From the NCBI GenBank assembly GCA_043800955.1, contig JAZDMN010000060.1:1-52176 (forward strand): a stretch of 52,176 nt of DNA. Direction: 5' to 3'. Position 1 is the first letter of the stretch. Every line of letters begins with the position of its first letter. Of this stretch, positions 26,277-35,800 are shown one piece after another. This stretch comes from Candidatus Micrarchaeota archaeon (GTDB lineage Archaea; Micrarchaeota; Micrarchaeia; Anstonellales; Bilamarchaeaceae). The notes under the pieces are model-generated. The model had not been told where the DNA came from. It saw only the letters and a list, made by a program, of their open reading frames with translations, and made no database searches. The translations under genes and the position numbers were made by a program.

Positions 26277-27896
26277 ATGGCCGACGACGACATTTTCAAG
26301 CAGTTCAAGGAGCATTCGGTTGCCGAATTCTTCAAGAAGAACCGGCAGATGCTCGGTTTCTCGGGCAAGGTCCGCTCGATGACGATTATCGTGCATGAGT
26401 TCATGACCAACTCGCTCGATGCGTGCGAGGAGGCCGGGATACTTCCGGAGCTGTTCGTGCAGGTCGAGGAGCTGGACAAGGAGAAGGAGCATTATCGGCT
26501 CACAATAAGAGACAACGGACCTGGCATCCCGAAATCGCACCTCGGGAAGGCGCTTGGCCAGATGCTTGCGGGCACGAAGTTCCACCGCTACATCCAGCAA
26601 AGAGGCCAGCAGGGTATCGGGGCCGCCGCCTGCACAATGTTCTCATACCTAACAACCGGCCAGCCGACGAAGGCAATCTCATGCCACAAGGGGAGGAGAA
26701 TCACGGCATCCATAGGCATCGACTTCAAGCAGAACAAGCCAATGCTCGAGGTCGTCGAGGAAACCGCAGTGGAGAACGAATCCGGCCTCAGCGTCATATC
26801 CGAATTCAAGGATGTCCGGTACGAAAGGAGCAACTACGGTGTTTACGAGTATCTGCGGAGGACCGCGCTCGCGAACCCGCATTGCGCCATCACGCTCATC
26901 GAGCCTAACAACGAGAGTACGGTGTTCCCGCGCTCTGTCGCGAACAACCCGGCAAGGCCCACTGAAATCAAGCCGCATCCGCTGGGCATCGGGACGCACG
27001 ACCTCTTGGAATTCGCCAAGCACAACAAGGAGAACCGCAGGCTCTCGTCATTCCTCCAGGAGACTTTCTCCAGGGTGAGCGCGGGGAAGGTGGATGAGCT
27101 GCGGGCGCTCCTCCCGAACATGGACCTTAACAAGAACCCGAAGGACCTCACATGGGAAGAGGCCGAATCGATGGTCAAGGCATTCTCCCAGGTGAAGTGG
27201 ATAGCCCCATCGACCGATTCCCTGGTTCCCATCGGAAAGGAGCAGGTCGAGCTTTCATTCAGGAACATTTTCAATCCCGAGGTCCTCGTAGTCACCGAAA
27301 GGAGCCCGAAGGTATACCGCGGAGGAATCCCGTTCATGGTCGAGGTCGGAATAGCCTATGGTGGCGGGGTGGCGGCGGCCGGGAAGAGGGGGGAAGTGAT
27401 GAGATTCGCCAACCGCGTGCCCCTGCTTTTCGATTCTGGCGGATGCGCAATCACCGAGACGATAAAGACGATGGACTGGAAGAGGTACGACATCAAGGAT
27501 TTCGAGGAGGAACCAATAGCGGTCCTTGTCAACCTCATCAGCGTCCATGTCCCCTACACAAGCGCGGGCAAGCAGGCTGTTTCGCCCGAGGAGGACGTGA
27601 TGGACGAGATAAAGTTCGCAATCATGGAGGCCTCGCGCGGCGTCCAGAAATACCTGTCCGGAAAAAGGAAGGCGCATGAGATTGCGAACAAGAAGAAAGT
27701 CGTGAGCAGGTATATCCAGCAGCTTTCCGGGGACATGGCCAGCCTGACGGGTGAGAAGAAGGCCGACATCGAGAAGGCGCTCACTAAGATTATCGAGGAT
27801 AAATACGCGCAGGATGAGATGGAGACCGAGGAGACCTCGGAGAAGGATCCTGAAACTGGGAACGGGAAACCGGATGAAGGAGGCGATGAAGAATGA
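26277..27896 (+). CDS. top6B: DNA topoisomerase VI subunit B
   Basis: SVAEFFKKN, EFMTNSLDA, DNGPGIP, RGQQGIG, RFANRVPL. Confidence 0.97.
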   Translation: MADDDIFKQFKEHSVAEFFKKNRQMLGFSGKVRSMTIIVHEFMTNSLDACEEAGILPELFVQVEELDKEKEHYRLTIRDNGPGIPKSHLGKALGQMLAGTKFHRYIQQRGQQGIGAAACTMFSYLTTGQPTKAISCHKGRRITASIGIDFKQNKPMLEVVEETAVENESGLSVISEFKDVRYERSNYGVYEYLRRTALANPHCAITLIEPNNESTVFPRSVANNPARPTEIKPHPLGIGTHDLLEFAKHNKENRRLSSFLQETFSRVSAGKVDELRALLPNMDLNKNPKDLTWEEAESMVKAFSQVKWIAPSTDSLVPIGKEQVELSFRNIFNPEVLVVTERSPKVYRGGIPFMVEVGIAYGGGVAAAGKRGEVMRFANRVPLLFDSGGCAITETIKTMDWKRYDIKDFEEEPIAVLVNLISVHVPYTSAGKQAVSPEEDVMDEIKFAIMEASRGVQKYLSGKRKAHEIANKKKVVSRYIQQLSGDMASLTGEKKADIEKALTKIIEDKYAQDEMETEETSEKDPETGNGKPDEGGDEE

Positions 27897-28987
27897 GCGA
27901 CGCTGCCAATACTAAGCTTCAGGCCCTGGGGAAGCAGATGGTCGGACAGGTCCAGAGGGGCGAAGGGCCGACCTTCGAGACAGTGCTTCGCACGAGGAGC
28001 AACACCATTTTCGACGAAGACATAGGATGCCTGAGGACCGGTGACAAGAAGGAGGTGAGGAAGTTCCTGAGCGTGGCCCAGGCCCGCACGTTCATGCAGA
28101 CCGTGGCGATTGCCGCAAAAAGCAGGCAGTTCCTTAAGGAGAATCTCCACACGTCCATCAGGGGCCTTTTCTACCAGCTGAAATTCACGCTGGGGGAAGA
28201 CATTGACGAGGACCTCTTCACCGAGCAGTCCGAATCGAACGCCCTCATAGAGGATTTAGAGGTCGCCCTCAAGATAAAGCGGGAAGACCTGAACCTGACT
28301 ACGGACAGGAAGGGATTCGTCGCGGGGCCTATGACGATTCTCGACCGCTTCGGCGGCGAGGAAACACTGATAGACCTTGAGAAGCAGGGCCGGAGCGGCT
28401 GGAGCATACCGTCCGATGTGGATAACGGCATGGAGATAAAAAGCCTGGATGCGGACTACGTCCTGGTTGTCGAGAAGGACGCGCTCTGGCAGAGGCTGAA
28501 CGAAGACAAGTTCTGGAAAAAGGAGAACTGCCTGCTAATCACGCCCAAGGGCCAGTCGACGCGCGGCACGCGCAGGCTGTTGCGGAAGCTTGCAGACAAG
28601 ACGCTCCCAGTATACTGCCTCATGGACTGCGATGCCTGGGGATGGTACATATACTGGACCATAAAGACCGGAAGCATGAACCTGGCCTATCTTGGCCGGG
28701 ATTTCGCTGTTCCCGAGGCTAAGTTCTTAGGGGTAACGATGAGCGATATCAAGGAGTTCGATTTCCTGGACAAGCTCACAATCAAGGCCAAGGACGTCGA
28801 TGTGAAGCGCGCAGAGGAGATGCTCGGCTATCCCTGGATAAACCGCTATGCGGACTGGGTGCGCGAGCTCAAGATGGTCCTGAAGACGAGGAAGAAGATA
28901 GAGCAGGATGCCTTGCAAGGGCAGAGGCTCACCTTCGTCGGCGAATACATCAACAAGAAAATCAAGAACAAGGAATGGCTGTCTTAG
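27893..28987 (+). CDS. top6A: DNA topoisomerase VI subunit A
   Basis: SIRGLFYQ, VVEKDA, KGQSTRGTR, DCDAWG, KIEQDAL. Confidence 0.96.
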   Translation: MSDAANTKLQALGKQMVGQVQRGEGPTFETVLRTRSNTIFDEDIGCLRTGDKKEVRKFLSVAQARTFMQTVAIAAKSRQFLKENLHTSIRGLFYQLKFTLGEDIDEDLFTEQSESNALIEDLEVALKIKREDLNLTTDRKGFVAGPMTILDRFGGEETLIDLEKQGRSGWSIPSDVDNGMEIKSLDADYVLVVEKDALWQRLNEDKFWKKENCLLITPKGQSTRGTRRLLRKLADKTLPVYCLMDCDAWGWYIYWTIKTGSMNLAYLGRDFAVPEAKFLGVTMSDIKEFDFLDKLTIKAKDVDVKRAEEMLGYPWINRYADWVRELKMVLKTRKKIEQDALQGQRLTFVGEYINKKIKNKEWLS

Positions 28988-29100
28988 GGGTGGAGGAGGG
29001 CTCCCCGACATGCCTGAGCACCGATAAGGTATTGTTCAAAGGATTCGTTGAATTTGAGAGGCGTTTAGGATTGCTGTTAATGATTTTTATCAATATAAAA

Positions 29101-29910
29101 TCATTCAATCGCTCCCCGAATCACAGTTATCGCTCCGTCTACACGGATGGCTGTGTTGTTCCAGCCGAATCTTTCTTGGCCAGCTTGGATTTTTTGCCAA
29201 GATGCCATTAATTCCCAACTCCCACTATCTGGCAGTGGTGGCGGAGGAAATTTGCGCTGCAGAGGGGTAGAAGATAACTGAGAGATATCAATAGGCGGAC
29301 ATGAGGGGGAAAGAAGAGAATTTAACGCGTAAATATGGCTTCCTCCGGCAAATACGGCGATTCTTGCATCCGGATGCTGCCCCTGGTAATCTCGGATAAC
29401 AGTTGCCCAATGTTCGTTTCGAGCCGTGAAATCTGAATCCAAAGTAGGAGCCGGATTATAGTTGTCAAGTGTTCCCCTGGAGGGTGCTTCGAGCCCTATA
29501 ACAGATATTCCATTATCCCGTGCATACAATATCAGGTTGAGATAGGATTGGGCATTTTCACCCATTCTGGCCTGGAGATAAGTTTGGATTCGCGAACCGT
29601 CATTTGCTCCTGAAAGAAAACCGTCGATATATGATTGCGCAGAAGAAGGCAGGCATTCAAGCGCCAGCACGGTTGGGCGGCTTTCCCGTAGTATTGTTGT
29701 CATTTCCTGCCTTTGGATATCCGAGCAGTGCCTTTCGCCTACCAGAAAGAGGTTATGACCCCTGGTCCACGAAGCATAGTCGATAGGAACCATTTTGCGT
29801 GCCGCATCTACAAAAAAACGAGCCGGTAATTGTCGGGAATCGGTGTCTGGTGGCAGAAATGCAGTGGGATGTGATTCTCTTGGGGCGGCATCATGTGGAT
29901 GTTGAACCAT
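29101..29910 (-). CDS. ChaN/EreA/Tiki superfamily protein
   Basis: LVGERH, LALECLP, VIGLE, ARNEHWA, FAGGSHI; AT-richer than its flanks. Confidence 0.65.
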   Translation of the reverse strand: MVQHPHDAAPRESHPTAFLPPDTDSRQLPARFFVDAARKMVPIDYASWTRGHNLFLVGERHCSDIQRQEMTTILRESRPTVLALECLPSSAQSYIDGFLSGANDGSRIQTYLQARMGENAQSYLNLILYARDNGISVIGLEAPSRGTLDNYNPAPTLDSDFTARNEHWATVIRDYQGQHPDARIAVFAGGSHIYALNSLLSPSCPPIDISQLSSTPLQRKFPPPPLPDSGSWELMASWQKIQAGQERFGWNNTAIRVDGAITVIRGAIE

Positions 29911-30100
29911 ATTCCAATCATGATGAATTGTTATTATAAGAACTCGTTTCGTCGAAGCTGTAAATCATCCATTTCTCTGATATTGTGATATCCACTTAGA
30001 GCGATACACCTAAAATGCGGATTTATCATGGGCCATTCCCGTATATTTCTTCAATATTCTTCGACATACCTCATTCGGACTACTGAGGGACAAAAGATAA

Positions 30101-32695
30101 TCAGCCGGTCGAATTAGTACCACTGCTACCAGAACCGCCGGTTCCGCCTGTTCCCCCGGTTCCACCCGAACCGCTGCCAGTTCCCGTCCCGGTCGTACTG
30201 TTGTTCGGTATATACGGGGTTCCGCTTGCAGGGAGCGGACGCTCCATAAGCTCGAAAAGGCGTTTGCCATCCGGGCAGAAGTTGTTCTCGCAGCCATTGC
30301 TCAGGTAGATGAAGGCCTCGACCTTCGTCTTACCCGGGTCGACCTGGCGCGGAAGGAACGGCACTTCGCATTCCTGCACATACTGGATGAAATCCGTGTA
30401 GCCGTAGCATTCATAGGGCGGGTCTTTCTTCGGGTGGCCGTCCTGGCACCGGCTGTCGCTCGCGCCATCGGATGACGCGCAATATGTTTCATTGATCGCC
30501 CAGCTCTGCGAGAAGCCGTACGCCCAGCAGTCGCCGTTTGAAACCGAGCTTGAGCAGCGGGGGTGGTCTGCAGCCCTCGCTGTCGAGCCCCAGAAACCGG
30601 CATACATGTTGCCGGCGATGTATGCTGCGAAAAGGTTGTCCTTGTCCAGGTCTCCTGCGCCCCAGTTCAGCTTGCCCCGATTTGTGGTTATCCAGCTCCT
30701 TGCGCTCCTCATCATGCTCTCAATCTTGAGGGTGCCGATGCAAATCGAATCCGAAGGCACGAATGGATTGAACCGCGGATTGCAGCCTTTTGCGCCGCTC
30801 AAATCAAGAGTGCGGAAGCCCGAACGGTCGAAAACATCGAAATAGGGGCCGTCTACCCCATCTGGATTGACCGAGGCCGGCCAGAACGTGAATGGCGGTT
30901 CCAGGCTCTGCATAATGCCGACTGCACACCAGCGCCAGTCCGGCTGCGCGGCAGGAGGGGCGTTTGTGAGGTTCGCATTGCAGTTGCCATCCGGGTCGTA
31001 CATCTCGTCATAGGCCTTATCATAGCATTCGTCCTTGCCAGGCCCTGGCTCGAAGCATCCCGGGCCGTCATAGCCCGCTCTGCAGACCTTTGCCGCAGAG
31101 CAGGGATTGAAGCCGCTTTCAGTCAGTATGAATGCGCGCACCAGCATCGGGTCGAGATTTCGCGCGCTGGCCCATTGGTTGACTTCCGGGAAGCCGGTGC
31201 AATACGTATCTGGCGGAGTGCCGCTAGAAGGATGAAGGCTCGCGAAGATGCTGCTCAGCGGCCGACTGGCGTTTACCATCAGGCATGCATCGCACGTGAA
31301 GAGCAGGGGAGCCGGGGCACGCAGCTGGTTGGTCTGCTGCTGCATGATGTCGCGACCTGAGAATGCGAAGCCGCGCATGTAGTCCTGGTTCTCATTGGCG
31401 TTGCATGCCACACCTGACTCGTTGCCGAAGAGTATCTGCCTGTTGCCGGAGTTCTGGCCCGAGACGTTGGTCATTATCTGGCAGCCGCCATACCAGGCCT
31501 GCAGGCGGGACTGCGTCCTGCCCACTCCACAGTTCGTACAGTTCAATGGGTTCGTGACACCTACCCCACCACTCGTGTTGAACGAATACGGAGCGATGCC
31601 AATCACGCCCCGCTTCTTCAGCGTTTCCACGCCGAATGGGAAGAATGCGCCGTATGCGGCGACAACGTCGCTTTCGGTCCAGTTGCATGAATTGTCGATG
31701 TCGCTGGTTCCGGGGTCGAAAAGGACATATGGGATTAACGAGGGCTTGCTCCAGTTGTAAAGCGAATACATTGAGAAGTTCGTGGCCTGCTGGCGTACGC
31801 GCGCAGGGTCGCATGAATGGACATATCTGCCGTTGATGCCGTATGCCACATAGTCGACCTTGTCCGCATCTGAGCCAAGGGCAATCATCACATCGTTAAG
31901 CGCCTGGAAGTCGTTTATTTTCGGCGCGACCGCGATGAAGCAATAGATTTTGCTGTTCGCCCGGTCGTTCATGCACTCCCGGTCGATTGCACGGACCTGG
32001 TTTGCTATCTCAGGGGCCCTGTTCCTGTCGAAATCCATTTCCGTGACAACGATAACCGGTCCGACAGGGCCGCTTGACAGCCTCCCCAGGAAAACATCGT
32101 CGCCTTCTGTCCCGAGTATCCTTGCGATTTGCTCGGTACGGCTGATGTTGATATTGGTGCCGTTGCTGTAGAGGATGTAGACCGGGATGATATCCTTGCT
32201 GAGGAAGCACATCGAACGCATGGAATCAGGAGTCAGGTATGGCGACTCGTTTGTTGCCACAAGCCACTGGACCGCCATGTTCAGGCGGTCGGAACAGAAT
32301 GTGTTTGCAGTGCCGAAATCCCCGAACGTGGGGCCCTGCCCAATCATGAAGGGCCGCACAGACAGGCTCGGGTCGCCTGAATTGTTGTAATTTGCATATC
32401 TTGCCATCTGCGCAGGCGTGCAGTTCTTGTCGAAATAGCAGTAGCCGCCTATGAGGTTGGTCAGGGGGCCGAATATGTTCGTGCCGTTCCTGCAGACCAT
32501 GCACCAGCAGCTTCCAGGCTTGCAGTACTCGACCATGGAGGCGTTGTTTATCGCCACGCGGCTGAGGCCGTCGCGGTATTCCTGCTCGAAGAGCGATGAG
32601 CCGCCGTTAAGCCTCTGGAGGCAGCCTGCCAGTATGAGGGCACCGCCGACAACCGCCAGTAGCGCCAGTAAGGATACTGCTGGTCTCATATGCAT
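30101..32695 (-). CDS. Large Cys-rich secreted/lipoprotein with a lytic transglycosylase (SLT/GH23)-like domain
   Basis: Signal LILAGC; ASARNLDPMLVRAFILTESGFNP and AVGIMQ; possible GH-like barrel N-terminal to it; Gly/Thr/Ser tail. Confidence 0.75.
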   Translation of the reverse strand: MHMRPAVSLLALLAVVGGALILAGCLQRLNGGSSLFEQEYRDGLSRVAINNASMVEYCKPGSCWCMVCRNGTNIFGPLTNLIGGYCYFDKNCTPAQMARYANYNNSGDPSLSVRPFMIGQGPTFGDFGTANTFCSDRLNMAVQWLVATNESPYLTPDSMRSMCFLSKDIIPVYILYSNGTNINISRTEQIARILGTEGDDVFLGRLSSGPVGPVIVVTEMDFDRNRAPEIANQVRAIDRECMNDRANSKIYCFIAVAPKINDFQALNDVMIALGSDADKVDYVAYGINGRYVHSCDPARVRQQATNFSMYSLYNWSKPSLIPYVLFDPGTSDIDNSCNWTESDVVAAYGAFFPFGVETLKKRGVIGIAPYSFNTSGGVGVTNPLNCTNCGVGRTQSRLQAWYGGCQIMTNVSGQNSGNRQILFGNESGVACNANENQDYMRGFAFSGRDIMQQQTNQLRAPAPLLFTCDACLMVNASRPLSSIFASLHPSSGTPPDTYCTGFPEVNQWASARNLDPMLVRAFILTESGFNPCSAAKVCRAGYDGPGCFEPGPGKDECYDKAYDEMYDPDGNCNANLTNAPPAAQPDWRWCAVGIMQSLEPPFTFWPASVNPDGVDGPYFDVFDRSGFRTLDLSGAKGCNPRFNPFVPSDSICIGTLKIESMMRSARSWITTNRGKLNWGAGDLDKDNLFAAYIAGNMYAGFWGSTARAADHPRCSSSVSNGDCWAYGFSQSWAINETYCASSDGASDSRCQDGHPKKDPPYECYGYTDFIQYVQECEVPFLPRQVDPGKTKVEAFIYLSNGCENNFCPDGKRLFELMERPLPASGTPYIPNNSTTGTGTGSGSGGTGGTGGTGGSGSSGTNSTG

Positions 32696-32841
32696 AAGCA
32701 GGATATTGCGCGTTTCTTAATATAAATATTAGCGATTTCCCGGATTTGGGTCGCTAGGGGGCCATGCGCGTCCGGATTGGGGATGGATGGGAAAGTGATT
32801 GGAAAAAATAAGAGAAAAATTCAAAAAGGAAAAAAGAGGGC

Positions 32842-35800
32842 TCAGTAAAGAGCCTGTTTGCATGCGGCGTTCTTGCACATGCTCCCGCGGTAGTTGGACA
32901 TGCCGCATTTCGGGCAGTACACCACCATGGAGAGCTTCTGGGGCTGGACCAGCTTCGAGAGACCCTGTCCCATGCCTTCCGCCATGTGCTGGAGGTTCGA
33001 GCCGAATCCGCCACCGCCGTAGCCGTGCTTGGAGCGCGCGACGTATTTCGCGGCAATCTCCTTGGGCGTGGCCGACTGCGGGAACAGCGGGACCGGCATG
33101 TGCCATATGAAGGCCAGCGGGTTTGCCCATCCGAAGAGCGAGTTCTGCAGCACGCCGAAGCCCCTGAGCTCCTGGTCCCTCCGGATTGCGAGGGATTCCG
33201 CCGAGACCGTCCTCCTCGTGGTGTTGTCCATCGCGGATTTGTAGAGGTCCTTGTCGTAGAGGTAGGACGCCTCCTTGGACCTGAAGAGGTACTCCGCCAT
33301 CGGCGCGTCGGCCTTCATCGTCATCCTGTAGTCGTAGAAGGTCTCGCCGGGATTGACGTCCTCTGTTCTCGCGTTCGCATAGACACCCTTCTTCTGCAGG
33401 AATATGTCCTGGGGTGCCTGCCTCAGGCCGACCATATAGTCGTGGCCGGCAAGCTGGTGCCTCTCGAGGCTGCCTCCGAAGACGTTGAGCTTCGACATTG
33501 TATCGGAGTTCTTGCCGCCGAACCACTTGAACGACATCGGATTCAGGGCCTGCATCGCTTCAAGCATCCTGGGCTCGGTGTAGTTCCACTGGCGCAGCGC
33601 ATCACCTGTCGAGTCCCACTTGGACGCATAACCCTGCATGGACATCTGCATGCCCCTCATCATGCTCACATACGGACGGAGCATCTTGCCTGCAAGGTCC
33701 ATCGGGAATCCGTATGGACCGAGGGTGAAGTTCATATACTCTCCCTTGCCCATGAATCCCCTCAGGTTGTCCTTCACGTTGAAGGGAACGGCAGGACCGT
33801 AGTGGAACGACGCTGCCCACGCCTGGTGGGTTCCGAAAGAGGACGATATCCTCCACGGGTTCCTGTCTATGGCGTACTGCCATACCTGGACGAATGCGCC
33901 GTGCTGGGCTGCGACCGCCCTGTATGCGGTCTTCTCCTCTTCTGAGAGGCCGTTCAGTATCTGGCCGGACTGTATCTTGCTCGCCAGCTGGAACGAGTGC
34001 ATCCTCAGCTGCGAGGATGTCGGCGTTATGTCGTATGATGTCCGCAGCAGTTCCCCGCCTGAGGCCATCGCCACCTTGGAGATGTAATCCCCGCCGTGCA
34101 TGCCTATGTCCCTGAACGGCTTTATCATCGGACCCACGCTGTGGCCCTCCACACCGAAGAAGCGCAGGACCGAGGGCGCGACAGGGGTGACCTGGCGCTT
34201 CGCCTCGACCGTAATCGCGCTCTCCTTCCAGAAGCGCCCGTAGTCGTAGGTCTTCTGGGCGTATTCCCAGAGCACGGATGCGAGCACGCGCTCCTTCTCG
34301 TAGTTGTAGCCGCCCTCCTTGGTCCATTTGACCGCTGAGTCGACAAAGCCGGCCCATTCGGCCGGGTCTTTGGACGAGCGCGACTTTTGGAACTGCATCT
34401 GGAGGTCGTCCCTGCTGCCGAAGCTGACAACGACGTCTTCCGGTATGAATTTCCGGAGCACGCCCTTCTCGTCGCGCAGAGCGGTCTCGCCTGCCATGAT
34501 GCGGTCCGCATCGCTGAGCATCATGCCCTTCTTGTAGTAGGCATAGCCTCCTTCGCCGAGCATGACGACGGCCTTGTTGGCCTTGGCCACATCATCGTAG
34601 CTCATGTCACGGGTTATGACCTTCTGGTAGGCATCCTTGTGCGTGTTCATGAGGTCTTTCAGCTTCGCAAGGTCCTTGGGGCTCGTGAGGTCCATCTTCG
34701 AGAGGAACGTCATGTCCGGGTGGTTGTTCTCCATGCCCTTCTCCTGCAGCGCTTTTTCCATGAAGCCGGCCATTATGCCTGCGTAGAACCTCGTGGTCTC
34801 GCGGGTTGTGCCGTAGGTGTTCTGCCCGAAGTGGGAGTTGAACCTCGACTCGAAGTCCTGCATGAGCGTCTCGCTTATGGCAAGCTTCTTTACCACCTGG
34901 GTCCTCTGCTCGACGGTCCAGCTTGCTGAACCTGCCATCCGGTTGGCCTGGGCCTCTATCGAAGCGTTGTAGTATGGCGCGTAGCTCCTTGTGAACCTGG
35001 ACTCGGTGGACTGCGCTATCGCGAAGTTCTCCCTCGCGTCCAGCGCGGCAACCCAGTGCCTCTTCACATCTACGTTGGTGTATGTGGTGGGAAGCTGGAG
35101 CTCCTTGTCTGAGGCGCGCCACATCATCTTGCCAGTATTTTTGTCTATTTCCCCGATGCGGGGCATGAGGCCCCCGTACATGAATTTCACTACCTCTTCT
35201 ATCGAGGCTGAGGCTATGCCCTTGCCCTTGGAATACTGCGTGAACGCCTGCCTGCCCTCTTCGCTGAAGAGCGCTATGAGGTCCTGCCTGTTCCGTTCGG
35301 CAACGGCTTTGAGCTGGCTCGGGTTCCTCATGTGCTCTGGAAGCTGTCCCATCGCCGTGGTCGGGTCGAGGCTGGCGAGCCTGTTGGCCGTGTTCAGCCT
35401 GGCCGAGAGGAGCTCCTCCTTCAGGCCGCCGCGCAGGAAGCCGTTCTCGGCATCCCATATCATAGTGCGCAGCACCATGGTCTCCCAGACCTGGCTTCCC
35501 TTGAGGGATTCGCCACCCACGTGGCAGATATAGGCGTCATCGTGCCTTCCGCCCGCTTTGGCAGCCATCCTGACCTTGTTCTGCTCCTCAAGCGCCTGCT
35601 GGAGCGAAATCATCTTCATGTGGTCTGGCTCGGCCGTTTTCTCTATCGACTCTATCCGCTGCGCGAATGTGAGCATCTGGTGGTCCAGGTGCGCCCCGTG
35701 CGACTCCGCAAGGCGGCCGAGCGCCGAGAGCTTGTCCTGGCCCGAGAGAGCGCTGTTTGAGAGTATCCTGCGGATTTCCGCTTCCGCAGCCGCAAGCTCG

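Noticed and set aside
30105-30200. Short GC-rich repeats
   Set aside because: They encode the Gly/Thr/Ser low-complexity tail of the SLT-domain protein
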